Positions 10,356 to 25,039 of a stretch of 64,000 nt of DNA are shown piece after piece. The position numbers and the translations under genes are program-made. The notes beneath the pieces were generated by a model. It ran no database searches. It had not been told where the DNA came from and was given only the letters and a program-made list of their open reading frames with translations. Source of the stretch: Camelus dromedarius (taxonomy: Eukaryota); the NCBI RefSeq assembly GCF_036321535.1, contig NC_087437.1, positions 24,244,001 to 24,308,000 on the forward strand. Reading direction: 5' to 3'. The stretch's first letter is position 1; each line of letters opens with the position of its first letter.

Positions 10356-13149
10356 ATCCCTTTTGATTAACTGAACCTGACTCCTAGTAGACCAAGGATG
10401 GTGATGAGCAGTCAGTTTGCTACTCACTAACACTTCTAGATCTATATTCTGCCAGTATCACTCTACCACCTGTTTTTGAGTAAAACTGAGATAAACCATG
10501 TTTCATCTTCCCTATTTTGCATCTGTTTTCTACTTCTCTGAAGTTTGCAGATTTCTTCATGGGAATCTTGAATTTTATCTGGCAGTTCTAATAGCCAGGC
10601 AAATATTGGGCTCTCAGTCCCTCAACATCTTGAACTCCAGTGACTAGATGTTATTCCATTTCAGTCATAATTTGCATTTCATCGTCACGTTTGGCTCATA
10701 AAAATTGGAATTCTGCATTGTCCCTCTGACTCTAAGATATTGTCCCTAAACTTACTGTATTTCCACACTCTATTTACTCTGTTCATCATCTCATGGCCTC
10801 TAGTCCCTCAACCCTTTCATAGTACTTAGTTCTGTTACTCCAGTTTTTCGGTCACTTGCACCCCTGCTCAGCTTGGATGCATTAAGCATAGAGTGAAGAA
10901 GCTATCTAGGGTTTCCATGGGATTCCCCAGAGCTCATTCCTTCCCCGGTATCCCTACATAGATTCTTCACTACGCTTTCTTAGACCTCGACTCCTGCTTC
11001 CACTTACAGACAGGTGATGAGTTACATTGCTTACTTGCATTTCCCCAAGTTGATCTTTATTTTTCAGACTTCCTTGTCTGATCTTTCCAATGCCAACAAG
11101 GCACTAAACCTGAAAAAGCTGCCAAAATGAATCTTGAGCTGAGTACATTCCTGGGCATCTAGTCCACATGTACCTCATAGGTCTAACAGCTTTGTCAAAC
11201 TTTTAACTCTCTTCCAGTCATTTTTCTCCTTTCATTATAATTATTCAGTATCTCTTCATTATACTGTAAGCTTATTAAGGATAGGAAATGCCCTTTTCAT
11301 TTCTATATCCTATGCAATAATTAAACATTACGTGTATTTTTTGTTCAATAAATGTGTACTGACCTGAATTGAACAAGTGGTTTTTTTAGTGTTCTATAGA
11401 AATCATTTTGCAATGCTATAAAAAAATATAAAAAGGATTATGATTTATTTTTTAGTTTTCTTTTTCAAAATAAAGTAAAATATTTTCATTTGAAATCATA
11501 CTCAGTGAGTTAAGTTAAATTCTGTACCAATACATTGAACTCTGAATCATGGAAAGAATAAGACTGGTAAAAATTGTAGGGAAGAAAGAATGAGAGGTTT
11601 GTAGAAACTGGCTAGTAATTGAGAAATAATGCTCTCTTTTATTAGATTAAACTAGCTTGAAACTGATGTTTATTAAAATTTAAATTGATGAATGCTCCAA
11701 AGCAGTACACATAAAGGTATAATTCTGTCTTGTGATTCTAATGACAATGAAGAACTAAACTAAATGTTCTCTGTCATTTTTTATATCACTATAACCTTTG
11801 GATGAAATTACAGTCTTACACTAAAGTGCATTTGAAAAAGAATATGCCTGCCCTTATTAAATGCACTATATGGAAAAACATTATTTGTAATGAATATCTG
11901 TATAATATAATTATGTAAACACCTGCTAAGTACAAATATGTTACTGTGTTTTGATCCCTAATGCTGTGATTGTTTAAAATATAAAGGAAAAGAAGAAAGA
12001 GAAAGGTTCTGTTTAATCTACGAGAGAGAGATGTATTTCTCTATAGGATTTTTGGGCTTTGAAATATGTTATTTCTTTTGGTAGCTCAGTTATTCTTAAC
12101 ATTTGAAACTTCCACTCAAAATAAGAAGTATTTTTCTTCTTTATCTTCTGACCATATTTATAATTTAATTGAACAAAATGTCAAAAAAAGTAAAAAATCA
12201 TACAGAACCCAAAATGCAAGGTATACAGCTACAAAATGGGGGAGGGGGGGAGCTGTCATCTGAAAATGAAAGAAGAGATAGACCAAAGAGGAAATCAATG
12301 ATTAAAAACTATTCTTATCTTAACCACATCCCATGATGTGAAAGGCAGTTTTAAAAATAAATAAAAATCTCTATTGTAGAAGTAAACAGAGTCATTTTAT
12401 CTAAACAAATTTGTCACAGGAACAGGGTATCTAGAATAAAAGGAATGTTAACAGAAATCATGTGTGGAATAATGAAATTCTTCTGAAAATGCATCACTAT
12501 TTTACCATGTGAAATAAAGTTAGGATATATTTTTATTAAATGTATACTTTGCCATACATCAAATTATTTATATGTACTTTTATTTGGGAGATTTTCTCTG
12601 ATTAGATTTACTTATTTTAGAAGAGTACATTCTTAAATGTATTCTGTAGTATTTCTTTCCATAAGTAAAACGTATTCTTTTCATAATTGCAGACAATATT
12701 TTTTTACACTTCATGTAAATAACATAGAGTTTCCTTAGTAACTCAGGTAAATTTTATTTGTTATTTTTTAGGTAGTAATTTTTCTTTTTCAAATTACTAT
12801 TCCTTTATACTCTGAAGAATTTGGCATTGTAAAGGGTTTAATTTTTTTTTTCCCTAAATCATTCCGATCATCTTTTCCTCTACGATTCCCTTTAACTGTA
12901 TTTAGGCCCTGTTCGTACACATGCTGCTACAGCATATCAAATAAAATGTTTCTTATAATTTCTCCTAAAGACTCTTAATTTTTGTCTTATTCAGCATTCT
13001 ACTATCAGTCCTAAAATATATTTCTGACTCCAGTTTTATCAAGTTTCTTAAAGTATCCATTCTAATTTCTGGGCTATTTAAGTTAATAGATACTGAAAAA
13101 CGTATCTTACATGAAGAGCTACACACCCTCCAAAGTCATTCATTTCATT

Positions 13150-13590
13150 CACTCACGTCTTTATATCCCATTGGTCAGTACTCCTGTTAGTTCTTCTGTC
13201 AGACTATATCCACTCTCCAACCAATTCTCAATATCTCTACCATGACCACCCTCTAAGCCCTCACCACATAATCTCTCACCTGAATTATTACCAGTATTTC
13301 CTAACTGGTCTTCTGTCCTTGCCCACCCCTACACCCTTTTCACCAGCCCTCATAGCCTATTCTCAACCTGCTGTCAAAATATAAATCAAAATTTCCCCCA
13401 TTCTTATTTCACGCAGGGTGAAATCAAACTCTGAACAATTGCCTAAATGGCTGTGAAAGATCTGACCTCTGTTGCCTCTGACCTCATTTCTCACCAGTCT
13501 TCCCTTCTCTCCTTCTACTTCAGCCACACCGGCCTTTTTGCTCCTCCTGTAGCACAACAAATATACTCCTCCCTCAGCACTTTTGCATCT
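13150..13590 (+). mobile_element. L2 LINE 3' fragment
   Basis: atctctcacctgaattattaccagtatttcctaactggtct and cttcagccacaccggcctttttgct are L2 3'-region motifs. Confidence 0.8.
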
Positions 13591-13659
13591 AAAGGAGTAA
13601 CCAAAATGTTTTCTTCACATCAGGCTTAACAGAAATTTATACATGTCACTACGGTCAGC

Positions 13660-16060
13660 TTTGTCTCACATTTGTCCAAATGTGTATTGAGCTCCTACTA
13701 ATTGCCAACTACTCAAATAAATTTATGAAGTACAAATATGAAAGAAAGAAAATCACTTTCCTGAAGGAGCAAATGGTCTAGTGGAGGTGATGAATCATAA
13801 GAACAGGGAGCTATGAGCCCAGAAAAGGATGTATCGGTACGTATTCTAGGTACTCAAGCTTCCCACAGGAGTTCAGCCTTGAAGAATTAGCAAGGGTTAT
13901 GGCTAAGAAGGAATTCAGAGAGGGAATTTCAGGCAGAATTAGCAAAGGCACAAATTAGTAGAAGGTGTAGTCTATTTGGAAAACATGTATTGCGAGTTAG
14001 ATTCCTTATTAAAATGAGGGTGGGGCTCTGACAAATAAGACTAGAAAAAGAGGTAAGGAAAGGAAACAAGGGAGGGTGTACCAATTATTCTTGCATTAAT
14101 GCAATGGCTTTTATGTGCCATATACTGTACTAGGTTCTGGGGAACACTGTAGTAGCCAAAAACATATGGGTTTTATACTCATATTGTTTAAAATATAGTG
14201 GGAGAAGCAGATAAGATAGCATATTCTTGGAAGGGGAAACTCCAAGGTGTTATGAGAGTGCCCAGAAGCCAGCATGTAAGTTAGAGTTGGAAGATTAATG
14301 AACACACTTGCAAAAAATTAGTGTCAGAGGAGGTCTGAAGTCTACACAGGCATTAGCCAGTATTATAGGCTGAAATGTGCCCCCCCATTCATATGTTGAA
14401 TTTCTAACGCCCTGGACTTCAGAATGTGACTATATTTGGATGTAAGGTCTTTAAAGGTGTGATTAAGCTAAAATGAGGACATTAGAGTGGGACTTAATCC
14501 AATATGACTTGCGTTCTTATAAGAACAGGACATTTGAGCACACAAAGGGACACCATGGTTGTGCACACACAGAGAAAAGACCATGTGAGGACACAGGGAG
14601 AAGGCGGCCATCTACAAGACCCTCAGAAGAGACCCAACTTGCTAGCACCTTAATATTGGACTTCTGTGAGAAGATAAATTCTGTCGTTTAAGCCACCCAG
14701 TCTGCAGTACCTTGTTATGACAACCCTAGCAATTATAAGAAAGGGAGGCCTGGGAAAGAAACCCAGCAAACTTCTACAGCCAGCTAAAGGAGGTGGGTAG
14801 TAGGAAGAGAGTTCTAGAATGAGGCAATGAGATATAAGTAGGGTTGGAAGTAAGTTATGTCTGAAGACTAAAGCGTGTTCTGTATGCTTGGAGGATAAAT
14901 GGAAGATAGCAAAAGTTGAGAAATGAGACCAGAGCATTTCTGTCCCCAGGGATGGGGTCATCCAAGACTGAGTGTGAAGAGGAGCTTGAGTTTTTGCTTA
15001 AATCAATGAGAAACCCCTGATGGGTATTAAGTGGGCAGGAGGACTGGCAGGAGTCAGTTTTCACTTAAAAAGAAGTGCCCTGATGGCAGAGTGAAGAATG
15101 GATTTGGGTGGGAAAAGCTGGGGAATGAGAATACGAATCAAAAACTGCTGTTCTGAACTGGTTAAGAAGTGATGGTGGCTTTGACTGAAATACTAGCTGC
15201 TGAGATAAAGACAGATGAACAGATTGAAAGGATGTCTCTCTCAGGAGGAATTGAAAGTTTTTAGTCATTGATTAAATGTGGTGGCTGGGAAGACAGAGGA
15301 TGAGTCACAGATTATATCCAGGGTTCTGGCTCCACATGGGAGGAAGGATGTGACATTCACTGAGATGGAGGAATGGAAGGAAAGTCGCTGACAAGTGAAA
15401 ATGCTGAGTTCAACCAACTCAAAACTTTTGAGATGGAGGTCCATAAAAGCAGGGCTGTCTAACAGACAGGCAGATACATGAATTATAAACTTCAGAAAGA
15501 GATTACAGGGTAGAGTTGAGATATAGATTTGGGAGTCATCTATAGATGGCTTTTGAAGCCATGTGAATGAACTGAACAACAAATGGTTATAAGAAAGGGA
15601 GGTCTAGGAAAGAAACCTAGAGGACATCAATACTTAAGAAAAAGGCAGAGAAAAACAGGGCCATGAAGAAGCATAGACTACAGCCTGTGACATAGTAACA
15701 AAAGCAAGTCAGCAAGATACAAGATAGTGTTTCAACAGTGTCAAATGATGCAGAGAGATCGGTAAGGCAAAACTTCTACTAGCCCACAAGGAGCTTTTGC
15801 TGATCTGAGATGAAGTTTATGCAGGCATTTGGTGGACTTGGAAATGAGATTGAGATGTTTTAAGTATGTGTGTGTGATTTTAATGGCAGGAGGTAAGTGA
15901 TTAAAGGTTGTAAATACAGACAGAAGGTGTTGGGCTTTAAAGAGGAGAAAAGAGAATGGTCACTGGAGGCAGATGTGGGATAAAGAAAGGTTTTGTTTGT
16001 TTTTTCTAAGATGGAAGAAACATTCTGTGTGCAAATGTGAATGAGAAGGAGCCAGAGAAG
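13660..16060 (-). mobile_element. L2 LINE fragments, interrupted by an MLT1A LTR
   Basis: Antisense L2 motifs: tattgagctcctacta, tgtgccatatactgtactagg, gatatagatttgggagtcatc, caacagtgtcaaatgatgcagagagatc. Confidence 0.75.
14361..14740 (+). mobile_element. MLT1A-like MaLR solo LTR
   Basis: attcatatgttgaa...cagaatgtgactatatttgga...ccatgtgaggacacagggagaaggcggccatct...tttaagccacccagtctg; about 380 bp. Confidence 0.9.
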
Positions 16061-16089
16061 AAGAAATATTCAAGATTAATAATAAGAGA

Positions 16090-16300
16090 TAGTGTTTATA
16101 TTATGTTTACTTTATGCACAGCTCTGTGTTAAGTACTTTACTCAAAATAATAAATCATTCAACAATACTAGGGTGAATTTTATCCCACTTTAATAGATGA
16201 GGAAACATGGTCATAGAGTTGATTAAGTGGTTTTCCCAAAGCAGTACAGCTAGTAAATTAAGAAAGTCAAGATTTGAAAACCAGGGACTCTGCCTTCAGA
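16090..16300 (-). mobile_element. MIR SINE
   Basis: tatcccactttaatagatgaggaaac...cagctagtaaat. Confidence 0.75.
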
Positions 16301-17441
16301 AGCTACTGAAGGCAAGTAGATAAAATACCTTCAAGGGATTACCTGGAAAGGGTAGGGCACCTTTGAGATCAGAGATCATGAGTTTAGAGTGGAATAATTG
16401 GCAACAGCCACCTCAGCTCTTATGAAAGAAACATGTAACTCCCAGAGGGAAAACTTGTGAGGATGGTTTTTCTCATTTGGAAGATTCAAGCAGAAAAGTA
16501 AGTTAATTAATTAATTTGGAGGAGAAGCCAGACCAGATAAGAGCATATTTTTGTGTAATTATAATAATACCTGGATTATTACTCTATAAGGAGAAGGGAC
16601 AAAGTAATGGTAAAGAATTCTGTTTTTCCAATCAACTAGGCAGTCTTTAAAATCAAAGCTTATTATTTTGGTGGCAAGTTATATTCTGAGGTACTTTAGA
16701 AGAAAACTTGATCACATTTCCATTGCATGAAACAAGGAACCATGCAAAAGAAGAAAGCCATCACCTCCCTCCTTTAGGGTTCCCAGAAGTCAGTGCAGGT
16801 GACAGCTCCAGTTGGAGTCATCTTGAGCTTAAAGAAGCAAAGATTGCAAGGCCCAAGAATAGATGGGAGTCCAAATTCTATTATTCTATCATGGGTATTG
16901 AGTCCTAAGGGAGATGTTTAAATAAAGGACTGCAGAAAGAACAGAAGGATGAAAAAGGAGACAGAAGACTGTAAGAATTTACATTCTAAAGTTTTAACCA
17001 CAAAGGCAAGAACAGGGGTTAGAGAAACAGACACAAATTATGTATCTCTTGGGAAACTTTCTCTGAAATTTGACTAAGAACTGCTTATTGAAGTCCAGTG
17101 CATATTTGGTCTAGAGAAAAAACTGGAGTGATATTTGGAAAATGGTTAGTGCTTCTTCTCCCTCCACTTTGCTATCAGCTGTGGTTGCCTGAAGGACCAC
17201 TGTATGACTCATTGTGAAATTCTAGAAGAAGAGAAATACCAATCAGCAAATAACAACACAAGATTATACACTGTACACCCAGGAAAATCAGAGAAGAGAA
17301 TGGAGATTTACCAATTACTGTCTATCCAAAGCCAGCTCCCCCTCATGTTATACCACTTACTACAAATATCATGATTTAATCATCTGGAAATTATCTTTCT
17401 ACTTGATGTTTCACACTCAACTTCTCAATCTATAATCTTTT

Positions 17442-20400
17442 CTTTTTAAGACGTTATTTTTTAGAACAGTTTTAGGTTTATAACAAAATTCAGAGGAAGT
17501 TACAGAGATTCCCCATCTATCCCTGCCTCCATCCATGCGTAGCCTCTCCCGTTGTCAACATCACTCACCAGTGTTGCATTTGGGATGTGGCCTATAGTGA
17601 TACATCATAGTCACCAAAGTCCATAGTTTGTATTTAAGGTTCCATGGATTTGGAATAATATGTAACATATAATGACATATATTCATCAGTATAGTATCAT
17701 ACAGAGTAATTTTACTGTCCTAAAAATCCTCTGTGCTCTGCTATCTCTCTCCATCTCCCATGCCCCACCTCTGGCAATCGCTGATCTTTGTATTGTCCTG
17801 TAAGTTTGCTTTTTCCAGACTGTCGTATAGCTGAAATTATACAGTGTGTAGCCCTTTCAGATTGGCTTATTTCACTTATTAATATGTGTTTAAGTTTCCT
17901 CCATGTCTTTTCATGGCTTGATAGCTCATTTCTTTTTAGCACTGAACAATATTCCATTGTCTGGAAGTACCACTGTTTATCCACTCACCTACTAACGGAC
18001 GTGTTTTTTGCTCTCAAGTTTTGGCAGTAATGAATAAAGCTGCTGTAAACATCTGTGTGCAGTTTTCTGTGTGGACATATGATTTCAGCTCATTTGGGTA
18101 CATATCAAAGAATGCAATTGCTGGTTCACATGGTAAGAGTATGTTTAGTATGGTAAGAAATCATCAAACTGTCTTCCAATGTACAGTACCATTTTTCATT
18201 CACACGGAAATGAGAGTTCCTATTGCTTGAAAACCTCACAAGTCTTTGATGTTGTCAGTGTTCTGGATTTTGAACATTCTAATAGACGTGTATGGTATGT
18301 CATTATTGTTTTAGATTGCATTCCCTTGATGACATATTACATAGAATATCTTTTCATATACTTGTTTGCCATCTGAATATTTTCTTTGGTGAAGTGTCTG
18401 TTAATGTCTTTGGCCCACTTCTAATCAGGTCAGTTTTGTATCGCTGGGTTTTAAGAGTTCTTTGTATATTTTGGATAACAATACTTCAGGTATGTTTTTG
18501 CAAATATGTTTTCTCAGTATGTGGCTTGTCTTCTAATTCTCTTGATATTGTCTTTCAAAAAAGTATTTAATTTTAATGAAATCAAACATTTTTTTTAATG
18601 GAGCATGTCTTTGGTGATGTGTCTAAAAAGGCATTGCCATCCCAAGGTCATCTAAATTTTCTCCTATATTATCATGTAGGAGTTTTATTGTTTTGTATGT
18701 TACATTTAGGTCTGTGATCCACTTTAAGTTAATTTTTGTGAAGCATGAAATATCTGTGTCTAGATGCATTTTTTTCATGTAGCTGCCCAGTTGTTCCAGC
18801 ACCATTTATTGAAGAAACTGTTTTTGTACTGTATTGCCTTTGCTCCTTTATCAAAGATCGATTGACTGTATTTATGGGAGTCTATTTCTGGGCTCCATTC
18901 TGTTTCACTGACCTGTTTGTCTATTTTTTGATCAATACCACACTGTCTTGATTACTATATCTTTATAACAAGTCTTGAAATCAGGTAGTGTTCGTCCTCC
19001 AACTGTGTTCTTCTCTTTCAATATTGTGTTAGCTATTCTAAATCTTTTGCCTTTCCATATAAACTTTAGAATCAATTTTTTTTATATCCATGACATAACT
19101 TGCTGGGATTTTGATTGGGATTGCATTGGATCTATACATCAAATTTGGGAAGAATTGGCATCTTGACAATATTCAGGCTTCCTATCCATGAACATGGAAT
19201 ATCTCTCTATTTATTTAATTCTCCTTTGATTGTGTTCATTGGAATTCTATAGTTTTCCTCATCTAGATCATGTACATACATATTTAATTAGTTTTATATC
19301 AAAGCATTTCATTTTGGAAGATGCTAATGTAAATGGTACTGTGTTTTTTTATTTCAGATTCCTTTTATTCATTGATGGCATATAGGAAATCCATTGAATT
19401 TTGCATATTAAGTAACCTAGTATCCTGCAACCTTGCTATAATCACTTATCAGTTCCAGAATTGTTTTTGTCAATTCTTTTAGATTTTTTATGTAGACAGT
19501 CATGTCATCTACAAAAAAAGACAGTTTAATATCTTTTCCACAATTTCTATATACATTTTATGTCCTTTTCCTGACTTACTGCATTAGCAACGATTTTCAG
19601 TACAATGTTAAAAAGGAATGGTAAGAGGGGACATTCTTGCCTTCTACGTTATCTTAAAGGGAAAGCTTTGGGTTTCTCACCACTACGTATGACATTTGCT
19701 GTATGTATTCTGTAGATGTTCTTTATCAAGTTAAGGAAATTTCCCTCTTCCTAGTTTACTGAAAGTTTTTATCATGAATAGGTTTAGGATTTTATCAAAT
19801 GCTTTTTCTTTCATCTGTTGATATGATCATGTAATTTTCTTTTGTAGTCTATTGTGATGTGATGGATTGTATTTTTGAATGTTGAACCAGCCTTGCATAT
19901 CTAGAATAAATTCCACTTGGTCGTGGTGTTTTATTCTTTTTATACTCTTTTGGATTAAATTTGCTAATATTTTGAGGATTTTTGCATTATGTTTATGGGA
20001 GATATTGGTCTGTAGTTTTCCTTCATTGTAATGTCTTTGTTTGGGCATTAGAGCAATGTGGCCTGGTAGAATAAGTTAGGAAATATTCCCTCTGCTTCTG
20101 TCCTCTGAAAGAGATTGTAGAAAGTTGGGATAATGTCTTCTTTAAAAGTTTGGTAAAATTCATTCACAAACCCATCTGGTCCTGGTGCTTTCTGTTTTGG
20201 AAGGTTATTAATTATTGATTCAATTTATTTAAATAGATACAGGCCTATTCAGATCATATATTTCTTCTTGTGTGATTTTTGGCAGATTGTATCTTTTGAA
20301 GAATTACTTCCTTTCATCTAGGTTATCAAATTTATATGCAAAGAGTTGTTCATGTTGTTCCTATATTATTTGTTTAATTTCCTTAGACTCTGTAGTAAAG

Positions 20401-23400
20401 ACTTTGCTCTTCATCTCTGGTATTAGTAATTTGTATTCTCTCTCTTTTTTCTTAACTAGCCTGGCTAGATGTTTATCAAGTTTATTGATCTTTCAAAGAA
20501 TCAGCTTTTGGTTTTGTTGACTTTCCCTATTGAGTTTCAGTTTTCAGTTTCACTGATTTCTGCTCTAATTCTTATTATTTCTTTTCTTCTGCTTACTTTG
20601 GATATAATTTGTTCTTCTCTTTCTAGTTTCCTAAGGTGTAAACTTAGATTATTGATTTTAAATATTCTTTTCTGAAATATATATTCAATGCTATAAATTT
20701 TCTTCTAAGCACTGCTTTTGCTGCACCCCATAAATTTCAATAACTTGTGTTTTTATTTTCATTTAATCAAAATATTTAAAAATCTTCCCTTGTGATTTCT
20801 TTTTCAACCCATGTGTTATTTAGAAGTGTGTTGTTTAATCACCATATGGTTTGGGATTTTTTTCAGTTATTTTTCTGTTATTGAGTTCAAGTTTAATTCC
20901 GTTGTGGTCTGAGAACAGACATTATATAGTTTCTATTCTTTTAAATTTGTCAAGATGAGTTTTATATCCCAGAATGTAGTCTATCTTGAGAAATGTTCCA
21001 TGTAAACTTGAGAAAAATGTGTATTCTGCAGTTATTAGATGAAATAGTCTATAGATGTTAATTATATCTAGTTGATTAATTGTGTTGTTTAATTCAGCCA
21101 TGTCTTTACTGATATTCTGCCTTGCTGAATCTATTTCCAGGAAGGGTGATGAAGTCTCCAACTATGATGGTGGGTTCATCTTTTTTCCTTACAGTTCTCT
21201 CAGTCTTTGCCTCATGTGTTTTGACAATGTTGTTAAGCAAACGCATGTTAAAAATTATGTCTTCTTGGAGACTTGATCCCTATCATTATGCAATGCCCTT
21301 GTTTGTCCCTAATAACTTTCCTTGCTGTGAACTCTATTGTGTCTAAAATCAATATAGCTGCTCCTACTTTCTTTTGACCAATGTTAGAATGACATATTTT
21401 TCTCCATTCACTTATATTTATGTACATGTGTTTTTATATATAAAGTGAGTTTCTTGTAGACAACATAGAGTTGGGTTGTGTATTTTGATCTACTTGGACC
21501 TCCTCGGTTTTTTAATTGGTTCATTTGTATCAATGGCATTGCAAGTGATTATTGATACAGTTGAATTAATATCTATCATATTCATTACTGGGTTCTATTT
21601 GTTGCACTTCTTTGTTCCTATTTTTGTCTTTTGCTTTTTTTCTGCCTTTTTTTTTCTGGTTTTAATTCTGCATTTGATATGATTCTACTTTCTCTCCTTT
21701 CTTACCATATTACTTGTACTTTAAAAAAAATTTTCTTAGTGGCTGCTCCAGAATTTGAAGTATACATTTATAACTAATCTAAGTCTACTTTCAAATAACG
21801 CCATACCACTTCACAGGCAGTGTACCTTATAATAACAAAATAATCCTATTTTTTCCTCCCATTTCTTTTAGTATTGTTGTCATTCATTTCACTTACATGT
21901 AAGCATACATATGATATATAAATAAGCATTCATAATTGAATACATTTTGCTGTGATTATTTTGAACAAACTTTTATCTGTCAGATCAATTAAAAGTAAGA
22001 AAAGTTGTAATTTTACCTTTATTCTTTTTCCATTGCTCTTCCTTTCTTTATGTAGAGCTGAGTTTCTGATTTATATTTTTTTCTTTCTCTTTAAAGAACT
22101 TCATTTAACATTTTTTGCAAGACAGATCTACTAGGAACAAATTTCCTCAATTTTTGTTTGAGGAAATCTTTACTTCTTCACTTTCTGAAGGGTAATTTCA
22201 CAGAGTACAGAATTCTAGGTTTGGTGAGGTTTTTTTTTTTCCTCCACTTTTTAAACATTTTAATTCACTCTCTACCTGCTTGCATCATTTATGAGAAGAA
22301 GCTGGATGTAACCTTTATTTTTGCTCCTCTATATATAATGTTTTTCCCCCTCCCTCTGTCTTCTTTCAAGATTTTTTTCTTTACCTTTGATTTTCTGTAA
22401 TTTGAAAGTGATATGTCTAAGTATTGTTGAGTGATTTTTTTGGAATTTATTTTTCTTGGTGTTTGCTGAGATTCCTGAATCTGTGATTTGAAGTTTCACA
22501 TTAATCTGGGGAACTTCTCAGTCATTATTGTTTCAAATATTTTTATCTGTTCTTTTTTTTCCCCTTCTCCTTCTAATATTCTCATTGCACATATATTGCA
22601 CCTTTTTTAGTTATCCCACAGTCTTGGATATTATGTTCTTTTTTTTGTCTTTGTCCTCTGCTTTTTGGTTTTCAAGGATTCTATTGATAAATTTTATAGC
22701 TCAGAGATTCTTTTCTCAGCTGTGTTTAGTCTACTAGTAAATCCATCAAAGGCATTTTTTCATTTGTTTCACAGTATTTTTGATCCCTAGCATTTCTTTT
22801 TGGTAATTTCTTAGGAGTTCCATCTCTCTGTGTATACTGCCCATCTGCTCTTTCCTGGTATCTACTTTACACATTAGAACCCTTAGCATATTAATTATAG
22901 ATTTTTAAAAAATTCTTGGTCTGGTAATTCCAACATCCCTGCCATGCCTACTTCTGATGCTTACTCTATCTCTTCAGTTGTGTTTTTTGCCTTTTGGTAT
23001 GCCCTGTAAATTTTCTCTATAGTTGAACACGATGTAAAAGGTAAAAGGAACCGCTGTAAATAGGCCTTAATAAGGAGGTGGTGAGATGTGGGGGAGGGGA
23101 AGTATTCTGTAGTCCTATGGTTAAGCCTCAGTGTTTTAGTGAGATGCATCTGGACTGTGAAATTCACAAGTGTTTCTAAGTTTTTTTCCTTTTTCTTTAG
23201 GTGGGACAGGAAGGCTAGACTGGGCTGACATTGGGTGTTTCACTTCTCCCACATGGAAGATTAGAGTCAGCTGGAGCTGGGTATTTCCCTTCCTCAGGCC
23301 AGTTAGACTCTAATACACCATTAGGGTAACTAGTTTTCCCTGAGGATAGGCCTTAAGAAGAACACAGACTTTTCTCTCAGTGCTCTGATATATTTCACAA

Positions 23401-23830
23401 TGGTTCCTTTTCCTCTCCCCTTGAAGGAAGACCAAGGGGATTTCTCTCCCATATATCCTGGAGGAATTTGGTCAGACTCCTGGAGGTCAATCTCAGTTTG
23501 GTGGGTGCCCTCTGTGACTGGATCCCCTTGGAGTTTTTAACTTTCAGAGTTGCCTCCAGCAATTCATCAATTATGATTCTTTTTTTCCTACCCTGGCCTC
23601 TGTTCCAGTGGCAGTTCCAATCATGAATCTCTGCTCTGGTAAGTTGTGACTCCCTGTATTCTCTTGTCTGTTTCTCCAGTCTTAGAGACAGTGGTTTCCT
23701 CTGTGTTCTGTCCTCTCTTATGGATCCGAGAAGAGTTGTTAACTTTTTGACCTGTTTAGCTTTTTTTTACTTGTTAGAATGGAGTGGCAACTTCTAAGTT
23801 ACTTACGTGAGGAACCAGAAACCAGAACCT
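17442..23830 (-). mobile_element. Near full-length old L1 (L1MC1/2-like), about 6.4 kb, degenerate
   Basis: L1MC-type 3' end (ttttagaacagttttaggttt...), ORF2 remnants (19827-20048 RT-like, 20922-21161 endonuclease-like, 18623-18805), ORF1 region at ~22.1-22.9 kb and an L1MC-type 5' terminus at ~23770-23830. Candidate TSD at 17429-17441 and 23847-23859. Confidence 0.92.
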
Positions 23831-23859
23831 TTAAAAATAAGAATTGTCTCTAATCTTTT

Positions 23860-25030
23860 TAAATAAGTATTTTTATGATATTAAGTATATACCTTTTTAA
23901 ATAAGATTTGGAAAATTTATAGGATTAGTAAGATAAAAGTTAATGTATAATTCCACCAAGGAAAGATAACCATGGAAATCTTGGGATATTTTACAGAGTC
24001 ATATATATCCACATCTAGGATCACGAACGTCTTTACATCCTCTCCAGTTACTTACTTATCATTTATTACATGAGCATGGTCCAATGTTATTAAAAATTCT
24101 TTGAAAACATTGTTTAATGTCTATATAATATCTCATTCAAATAATATTCTGGAATTTATTCAACCATTTTCTTATTATTGGTCATTGAAGCCATTTAAAA
24201 ATATTCACTAATATAGATAATCTAGCAATGAATATCCCTATAGTCAGAAAATTCATTTCTGATTGTTTTCTTAAGAGATTCTCTTCGAATAAAACTATTG
24301 GGTAAAGAATTCAAACTTTTAAAATCTCTTAATGAATTGTTACTAAATCTCTTTACAAAAAAACTGAGTTTACCCTCTCACCTGAAGTGCATTAGAGAAT
24401 TTCTCACCCAATGAAAGAAAACACTTATTTAAAATTAAAAGAAGCTGGCTCATTGCTTGCTTATGCATGGGTGTGATGTAAGTCCCAGTGTCTCAGAGCT
24501 GATCTTACACATTCAGCTCTGAGAAGTGTGGAGTGGAGTTAAGGAACTGAAGGACTTTCAGAAATGAGAGGGTTAGGGATTAGATGACTTTCTGCCATGG
24601 TGACAGGTGACAGGAGTGTGGCTGTTGTTGGTTGGCTATCTCTCAAACGTGTGCCACTGTCACCTATCGTATGACTTCCTAGAGGCATGGCTACCAATGC
24701 AGTGTCACTGAGCAACTAAGATGAGTTTAACCTCAGTTCTGCTTTGTTACTTGCCATGTTTTAGAATTATGGCCAAGGAACTGTCAGGATTTTTATTATT
24801 TGGATTACTAATAAGGTTGAATTGTTTTCCTGTGTTTACTATTCCTTTTCTATGAGTTCTTTTCTCATCTGTTTTGTCCATTTGCACACATTGTTTTTCT
24901 AATTTGTATGACTGCCTTTCAGTTTTGTGAAAGACTTTTGGCAAATATACACAAAGAAAACATTTTCCAGTTTATTTTTTTTTTCTTTTCAAGTTTTAAT
25001 GAATACTAAAAATCTCTTTGTTTACTTTAT
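23860..25030 (-). mobile_element. Very old L1 (L1ME-like) 3' fragment, interrupted at ~24440-24745
   Basis: aatttattcaaccattt...ggtcattgaagcc and gattactaataaggttgaa...ttgtccattt are antisense L1 ORF2 C-terminal and 3' motifs. Confidence 0.55.
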
Positions 25031-25039
25031 AAATGTACC

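Noticed and set aside
17788..22737. Hydrophobic Phe/Leu/Ile-rich plus-strand ORFs as membrane proteins
   Set aside because: They are antisense translations of A-rich L1 sequence.
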